A stretch of DNA of 64,000 nucleotides, from positions 320,410 through 384,409 of the forward strand of contig JBMORP010000006.1 in NCBI GenBank assembly GCA_049322655.1, in the 5' to 3' direction. Position numbers and translations under genes: made by a program. Below, piece by piece: positions 59,299 through 64,000 of this stretch (positions within the stretch are counted from its first letter, which is position 1; each line of letters starts with the position of its first letter). The DNA is from Patescibacteria group bacterium. GTDB lineage: Bacteria; Patescibacteriota; Microgenomatia; UBA1400; PJMF01. The notes under the pieces are model-generated. The model was not told where the DNA came from and did no database searches. It was given only the letters and a program-made list of their open reading frames with translations.

Positions 59299-60348
59299 AT
59301 GAATAATAAAAACCAAGACCAGACTGTTACAAACTCCATAACCAATCAGCAACTACTTGATTATATCAAACAACAAATACAAGAAGGCGTATCACAAGAA
59401 ATTATTACGAGTAATTTAATTTCTAGAGGTTGGCAATTATCAGATATTAATGATGCATTTTCTAAATCATCCAATCAAATTTTTTCAAAACAGATAAATC
59501 CAACTTCTTCTATTGGCAATGCTTCTAAAAATATAAAAGCAACAATTAGTTTAGTTTTGGGAATTATTGGATTGATTGCTTGGCTTGTTCCTTTAATTGG
59601 TGCTCCTATAACCATTATAGGTCTTTTTTTGGGTATTATGGGCTTGAAATCTATAAAACGTAGCATGGCAATAGTTGGAATTGTTTTGAGCTCAATCGGT
59701 TTATTTGCAACTATTGTTAATGTTTCTATTGAGGCATATCAAGGAGAAGTAGGAAAAAATTACTTAATTAATAAATTTCTAAACGGTGAAAACTACAAAA
59801 AAAATATAGCTCAACCATCACCGCAACAATTACAACAACAAACGACCTCACAAAACAATGTTCCAGACACTTTAGAAAAACAACCTTATTACAACACAAA
59901 ACATGGTTTGAAACTAAATGTGCCAAAAGGATGGCGAATAGATGAAAGCGGACAATTTAATTTAATTGTGGCTTTCATTAACACTGAAACCGACTGGGAA
60001 AATTATCCTTCAAAAGAAGAAGCATTTCCATTTAATACAAACATTACTGTGGGATCTGAGTCTGCTCAAGGATATGACTTAGACGGTTATATAAATGTAG
60101 CACAAGAATCTTTTAAATTACTCACAGACTACAAATCAATTGAAAATAAAAAAGTAACAGTAAACGGTATGCAATCTCAAATCCTTGGTGGAACATTTAC
60201 ACAAGGAGGGGTTACGTTCAGAATTTTACAACTTGCTGTAGAAAAAAACGGACAAATATATGTAGTTACAGGAACAACCCTTGAATCAACCTGGAGTCAA
60301 TATAAAGATTTAATCGAATCATCCTTAATGACGTTAACCATAAATTAA
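59299..60348 (+). CDS. Hypothetical membrane protein (cytoplasmic N-domain, 3 TM, extracytoplasmic C-domain)
   Basis: 349 aa with hydrophobic segments at about 85-140 and no motif. Confidence 0.45.
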   Translation: MNNKNQDQTVTNSITNQQLLDYIKQQIQEGVSQEIITSNLISRGWQLSDINDAFSKSSNQIFSKQINPTSSIGNASKNIKATISLVLGIIGLIAWLVPLIGAPITIIGLFLGIMGLKSIKRSMAIVGIVLSSIGLFATIVNVSIEAYQGEVGKNYLINKFLNGENYKKNIAQPSPQQLQQQTTSQNNVPDTLEKQPYYNTKHGLKLNVPKGWRIDESGQFNLIVAFINTETDWENYPSKEEAFPFNTNITVGSESAQGYDLDGYINVAQESFKLLTDYKSIENKKVTVNGMQSQILGGTFTQGGVTFRILQLAVEKNGQIYVVTGTTLESTWSQYKDLIESSLMTLTIN

Positions 60349-60395
60349 CTAAAAAAATAAAAATTAGCTATAAATGAAATCGAAAAATTTAACAA

Positions 60396-61154
60396 CTAAT
60401 TATCTTGTGAGTGATATATATTTTCAAAAAACTTCAATCTATTTTTAAAAGATTGATCCATATTTTCATCAAAATAAACAACCTTTATCCTCTTGGGAAA
60501 ATTGTCCAATAGCTCAAAACTTGACACCTCAGCAAACTTAAACCTAGCTTTATCAGGATTTTTGCCGGCTTTTAGCACTCTGCTACCATAGTGGTCAGAT
60601 AATTCTCCATTTGGCATACATATAATATTTATATTCAAGATATTTAATGTTTTATCTTCATATAATATTGTAATAAAGTAAGTTAAACATATTTTTTCAT
60701 TTTCCAATCCTTTGTTATAAAAAGTGGGCAGAGCTGGTTCATAAAATCTTTTTGGTTCAAAAGAGTTACCGTTGGCCTGTTTAATTTCCCCAAAGTAACT
60801 ATTTTGGTTTCTACCAACAAAGATACTGTCTGTTATATCTCCAATATTTCTTGTTTGCACTGTTTTTAAATCGATATGAATAAAGGCATCTTCAACTTCA
60901 AAAAACATATCAGAGCCAACTGGACAAGAGTTGGGTTGACCCACCCCTTTGCCATTCATTAACGCATACACTATTCTTTCGGCACCAACTGCAAAATCTG
61001 ATATCTCTGCCCCAAACTTACCATACCAATCATTTTTGATCTTTTCTTTAGTTCTAAAGCCGAACATCATTTCATCTTCGGCGTACTTCATCAAATAAAA
61101 AAACTTCTTTAAATATTTTTGTTCAATCTTTTCAATTTGTTTTTGAGTTAGCAT
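60396..61154 (-). CDS. Putative type II restriction endonuclease (PD-(D/E)xK-like) paired with the upstream C5-methyltransferase
   Basis: It lies 13 nt downstream of the methyltransferase on the same strand. The candidate catalytic pattern is GSD…EVED…IHIDLK; the function is inferred from context. Confidence 0.4.
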   Translation of the reverse strand: MLTQKQIEKIEQKYLKKFFYLMKYAEDEMMFGFRTKEKIKNDWYGKFGAEISDFAVGAERIVYALMNGKGVGQPNSCPVGSDMFFEVEDAFIHIDLKTVQTRNIGDITDSIFVGRNQNSYFGEIKQANGNSFEPKRFYEPALPTFYNKGLENEKICLTYFITILYEDKTLNILNINIICMPNGELSDHYGSRVLKAGKNPDKARFKFAEVSSFELLDNFPKRIKVVYFDENMDQSFKNRLKFFENIYHSQDN

Positions 61155-61166
61155 AAGTTGTCTAAA

Positions 61167-62354
61167 TTAAATAATACTACTTTTAATTACTTTAGCTATT
61201 TTTTCTGCCAATAGCACTGGTACAGCATTCCCAATTTGTTTGTACATATTGCCAATGCTCCCATAAAATATAAAGTCATCTGGGAATGTTTGAATTCTAG
61301 CACACTCTCTAACTGACATCCTCCTTTTTTTGTTTGGATGTATCTCAGGACCTGTAGCGGTAATTGTATCGCTAGGCCTATCCCAATTACTAATTCTAAG
61401 AGATTGCTCAAATTTTATTTCTTTTAGTTCCAACTCAGTAACTTGTTTATCATATTTATCATCGAAACCAAGTAGTTTTTTTAACTCCCACCAATCTTCT
61501 GGCTTGGGAATACTTCCAGAGTTATTATCTTTCCTAAACCAATGTCCGGCTGTATGACTATACCCAAAATATTCATCAACTTTTTTAGTAGAAATTCCCT
61601 TTTTGTTTCGCCAGTATTTAAGATAATCACAAATATCGTGTTGATTAACTTTATGTTTTCTTCCCCAAAAGGTGTCGTGAACATTGGTTCTTGCAACATG
61701 ATTATGAATTAATTTATTTCCAATTTTAAAAGACTCATCTCTAGTTCTAATACTTTCTAGATCACCAACAACATCTTTAACACTAATATGTTTATTTTCA
61801 TGAGTTTTTCTGGGGAAAGGATTCTTCACTCCAATTCTATTACCAATAATAATAACTCTTTCTCTCTGTTGAGGCACACCATAGTCAGCAGAATTAATCA
61901 ATTTATAATCAACTACATAACCCAATTTTTTGAAATCATTAACTATCATTTCAATAACTTTGCCTTTGTGCATTGATAACAAGCCTTTTACATTTTCGGC
62001 TAGAAAAAACTTTGGTCTCTTATTATCAATTATTCTAAGCATTTCTTTGTATAAAAAATTTCGCTCATCTTTCATTGATCTTTTGCTATTAGCTATAGAA
62101 AAACCTTGACAAGGAAAACCACCCAATAAGATATCAAAACCATTAGGAATCTTCGAGTTATCAATCTTTGCTATATCTTCCAAAATAATATGGTCACCAA
62201 TGTTCTTCTTATAGGTTTCAACTGCTTCTGGAAAAAAATCATTGGCCCAAATTATTTCATAGCCGGCATTTATAAAACCCAAATCTAAACCACCACAACC
62301 AGAAAAAAGACTCAAAACCTTCGGTCTATTACTACTCTTTTTATTCATGATCAT
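61167..62354 (-). CDS. DNA (cytosine-5)-methyltransferase
   Basis: Motif I FSGCGG, motif IV GFPCQGFS (catalytic Cys), motif VI ENV (FLAENVKGL), motif VIII QRER; 395 aa. Confidence 0.9.
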   Translation of the reverse strand: MIMNKKSSNRPKVLSLFSGCGGLDLGFINAGYEIIWANDFFPEAVETYKKNIGDHIILEDIAKIDNSKIPNGFDILLGGFPCQGFSIANSKRSMKDERNFLYKEMLRIIDNKRPKFFLAENVKGLLSMHKGKVIEMIVNDFKKLGYVVDYKLINSADYGVPQQRERVIIIGNRIGVKNPFPRKTHENKHISVKDVVGDLESIRTRDESFKIGNKLIHNHVARTNVHDTFWGRKHKVNQHDICDYLKYWRNKKGISTKKVDEYFGYSHTAGHWFRKDNNSGSIPKPEDWWELKKLLGFDDKYDKQVTELELKEIKFEQSLRISNWDRPSDTITATGPEIHPNKKRRMSVRECARIQTFPDDFIFYGSIGNMYKQIGNAVPVLLAEKIAKVIKSSII

Positions 62355-62444
62355 TACAATCTACTACAATAAAATAACTTCTTCTACATCAAATAAAAAA
62401 TCAACCAGCAAAACTATTCTCTTAAAAAGATACTTACTTAACCT

Positions 62445-63689
62445 TTAACCAAACATCAACCATTCCGGTTTGAATAATAACAATAAGCCAATAATCAACA
62501 TCAAGACGCCTCCAATTAGGTGAGAAAATCTGGCATATTTACCTTGAATGCCAGTGACTCGAAGTGTAGTCATAGCCAAGAAAAAAATTAACAAATCGTC
62601 CAACATGAAAATTAAAATATACAATAATAAATAAAAGTAATATTGGATTGGTGATAAGCCTGATAAACTCAAAATTTGAGTATAAATTGCTGGTAAACCA
62701 GCAGAACAAACCAACTCAATCAAGTTTACACTTACCGCCAACACCATAATTCCAAGCACTGCCATTAATAAACTACGATTACTAATTACCTGTTTTAACT
62801 TATTAAAAAAATTACTTTTTTCTTTACCTCCGGTAACTTGACAAGCACCATCTTTATTGACCATAAAATCATACAAATAATAGCCGCCAGCACCCAACGC
62901 AATTAAACCAACCAATAATTTAACCCAACTCACCACTCCCAAAAATAAAAATAAATTCAACCAAGCTGCTAAAAATAAAAAGTAAACGGTTGCCGAAGCA
63001 AAAATAAATGCTCCACCCAAAATCAACATCTTTTTTCTATCTTCCATACCCAACAACAAACTAATTAGAAACAATAATGTCCACATGGCGCAGGGATTAA
63101 AACCATCCACTGCCGCTAACAAAATAGTAATGATTGGCAAAGAAAAAGTTTGGGGATTGATCTCTCCCAAAATAGGTAATTTAATTTTTTCAACATTTAA
63201 AGTTGTAGCAGTCGCTTCTATTTTTGGAGGTTTTTCTACAGATGGTTGTGGACTTTTTACTTGTTCAAGCAAAATAACTTTAGCTTGATCAACCAAGTCA
63301 TAATACTCACTAGCATCTGTTTGATAAGCAGTTAAAATATCAATAATTTTTCGGTCGGTAATTCCTTCAGCATAACCCACCACATATTGATCACCAATTA
63401 CTGTAAAAGGAACTCCTCCCACATCAGCTTGAAGCAACAAACTGGTTTGGTACATCAACTGACTGTTGTTTTGATTTTTATAAATTTCGTATTGTTTAAT
63501 TTCTAAATTAGGAAATTTTTTTATTACTTCCCGTTCCAAAAATTCCTTCTCTTTGGCACAATGAGGGCAACCCTCACCATAAAACAAATATAAAGTAATT
63601 TTGGCAGCTGGCTGCTGAGCAAGAGTTGGTTGTGCAAAAATAACCAAACCCAACAACATCAAAACCAAGAAAAATAATTTTTTTAACAT
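62445..63689 (-). CDS. Thiol:disulfide interchange protein: N-terminal thioredoxin domain (CPHC) fused to a CcdA/DsbD-like transmembrane domain
   Basis: Signal peptide and YGEGCPHCAKEK, then 6 TM with conserved membrane cysteines (NPCAMW, ELVCSAG). Confidence 0.65.
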   Translation of the reverse strand: MLKKLFFLVLMLLGLVIFAQPTLAQQPAAKITLYLFYGEGCPHCAKEKEFLEREVIKKFPNLEIKQYEIYKNQNNSQLMYQTSLLLQADVGGVPFTVIGDQYVVGYAEGITDRKIIDILTAYQTDASEYYDLVDQAKVILLEQVKSPQPSVEKPPKIEATATTLNVEKIKLPILGEINPQTFSLPIITILLAAVDGFNPCAMWTLLFLISLLLGMEDRKKMLILGGAFIFASATVYFLFLAAWLNLFLFLGVVSWVKLLVGLIALGAGGYYLYDFMVNKDGACQVTGGKEKSNFFNKLKQVISNRSLLMAVLGIMVLAVSVNLIELVCSAGLPAIYTQILSLSGLSPIQYYFYLLLYILIFMLDDLLIFFLAMTTLRVTGIQGKYARFSHLIGGVLMLIIGLLLLFKPEWLMFG

Positions 63690-63713
63690 CAGATTTTCTT
63701 ATTATAAACCTAA

Positions 63714-63721
63714 TGTATAAT
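63714..63721 (+). promoter_or_regulatory. Extended -10 (TGTATAAT) for tRNA-Ser(GGA)
   Basis: Perfect TGnTATAAT 15 nt upstream of the tRNA 5' end. Confidence 0.5.
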
Positions 63722-63736
63722 ACTCACTATTCCAAA

Positions 63737-63819
63737 GGAGGTGTCGCATAGTGGTCAATTGCACACGCTTGGAAAGCGTGAGCCTCACGGCTTCGCAGGT
63801 TCAAATCCTGTCACCTCCG
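63737..63819 (+). tRNA. tRNA-Ser (anticodon GGA), type II
   Basis: Hand-folded: acceptor GGAGGTG/CACCTCC, anticodon stem-loop CACGC-TTGGAAA-GCGTG, long variable arm, T-arm GCAGG-TTCAAAT-CCTGT. Confidence 0.85.
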
Positions 63820-63864
63820 CACGTAAAAAAATCGTGAAATTCTGTCACCTCAACTCACTCAACC

Positions 63865-64000
63865 AACTTTTTTATCTCTGCAATATTTTCCTCTACCACT
63901 TGTTCACCTATAGCAATTAGTTGCTCAGCTTTACCAAGAAAGTTACTAAATACATTATAGTTTTTACTTTCTGGAATATCTGGATAAAGAACAAAATCGG
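63865..64000 (-). CDS. C-terminal 45 codons of an unknown gene entering from the right edge
   Basis: Open minus-strand frame (…DFVLYPDIPESKNYNVFSNFLGKAEQLIAIGEQVVEENIAEIKKLVE-stop) ending at about 63862; too short to assign. Confidence 0.25.

Noticed and set aside
59170-59300. AT-rich short direct repeats (tatatagttatatattctagatatag) examined as a possible CRISPR or tandem-repeat array
   Set aside because: There is no regular repeat-spacer periodicity and the repeats are under 15 nt. It is low-complexity AT-rich DNA with no cas genes in the window. No CRISPR array was found anywhere in the 64 kb.

Overview
The window reads as a gene-dense, AT-rich (roughly 30-45% GC) bacterial chromosome segment using the standard genetic code; long ORFs end at TGA and an apparently unframeshifted RF2 gene is present. 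Short intergenic gaps, many small secreted or membrane hypotheticals, a Gram-positive-like envelope gene set and atypical two-component proteins are consistent with a CPR/Patescibacteria-like or other reduced-genome organism, but this is an inference. Recognisable core genes are rpoD, map, recA, rny, secG, prfB, greA, ftsE and ftsX, an EnvC-like M23 peptidase, a glyA-like gene and bcp. Seven tRNA-related loci were found by hand-folding: Asn-GTT, Pro-GGG, four type-II Ser-type tRNAs (TGA, GCT, GGA and one with an apparent ACU anticodon) and one tRNA 3' fragment. No rRNA and no CRISPR array are present. The most unusual regions are listed below. First, a ~1.8 kb island of about 55-62% GC (21.5-23.4 kb) carries two lipoprotein genes with strong GGAGG Shine-Dalgarno sites and is bounded by hairpins, so it is probably foreign DNA. 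Second, there is a cytoplasmic leucine-rich-repeat/eukaryote-like protein kinase fusion at 8.2-9.4 kb. Third, an envelope cluster at 47-57 kb holds a Mur-ligase paralog whose N-terminal domain is replaced by a 4-TM anchor, co-transcribed with DegT and FemAB genes. Fourth, a Crp-radical SAM/SPASM operon sits next to a small GC-rich secreted Cys-containing protein. Fifth, a type II restriction-modification pair (C5-methyltransferase plus a putative PD-(D/E)xK nuclease) lies next to a tRNA 3'-end fragment. Sixth, there are repeated short duplications of tRNA 3' ends that look like integration scars. All calls come from reading the sequence and the supplied ORF track; no database searches were run.
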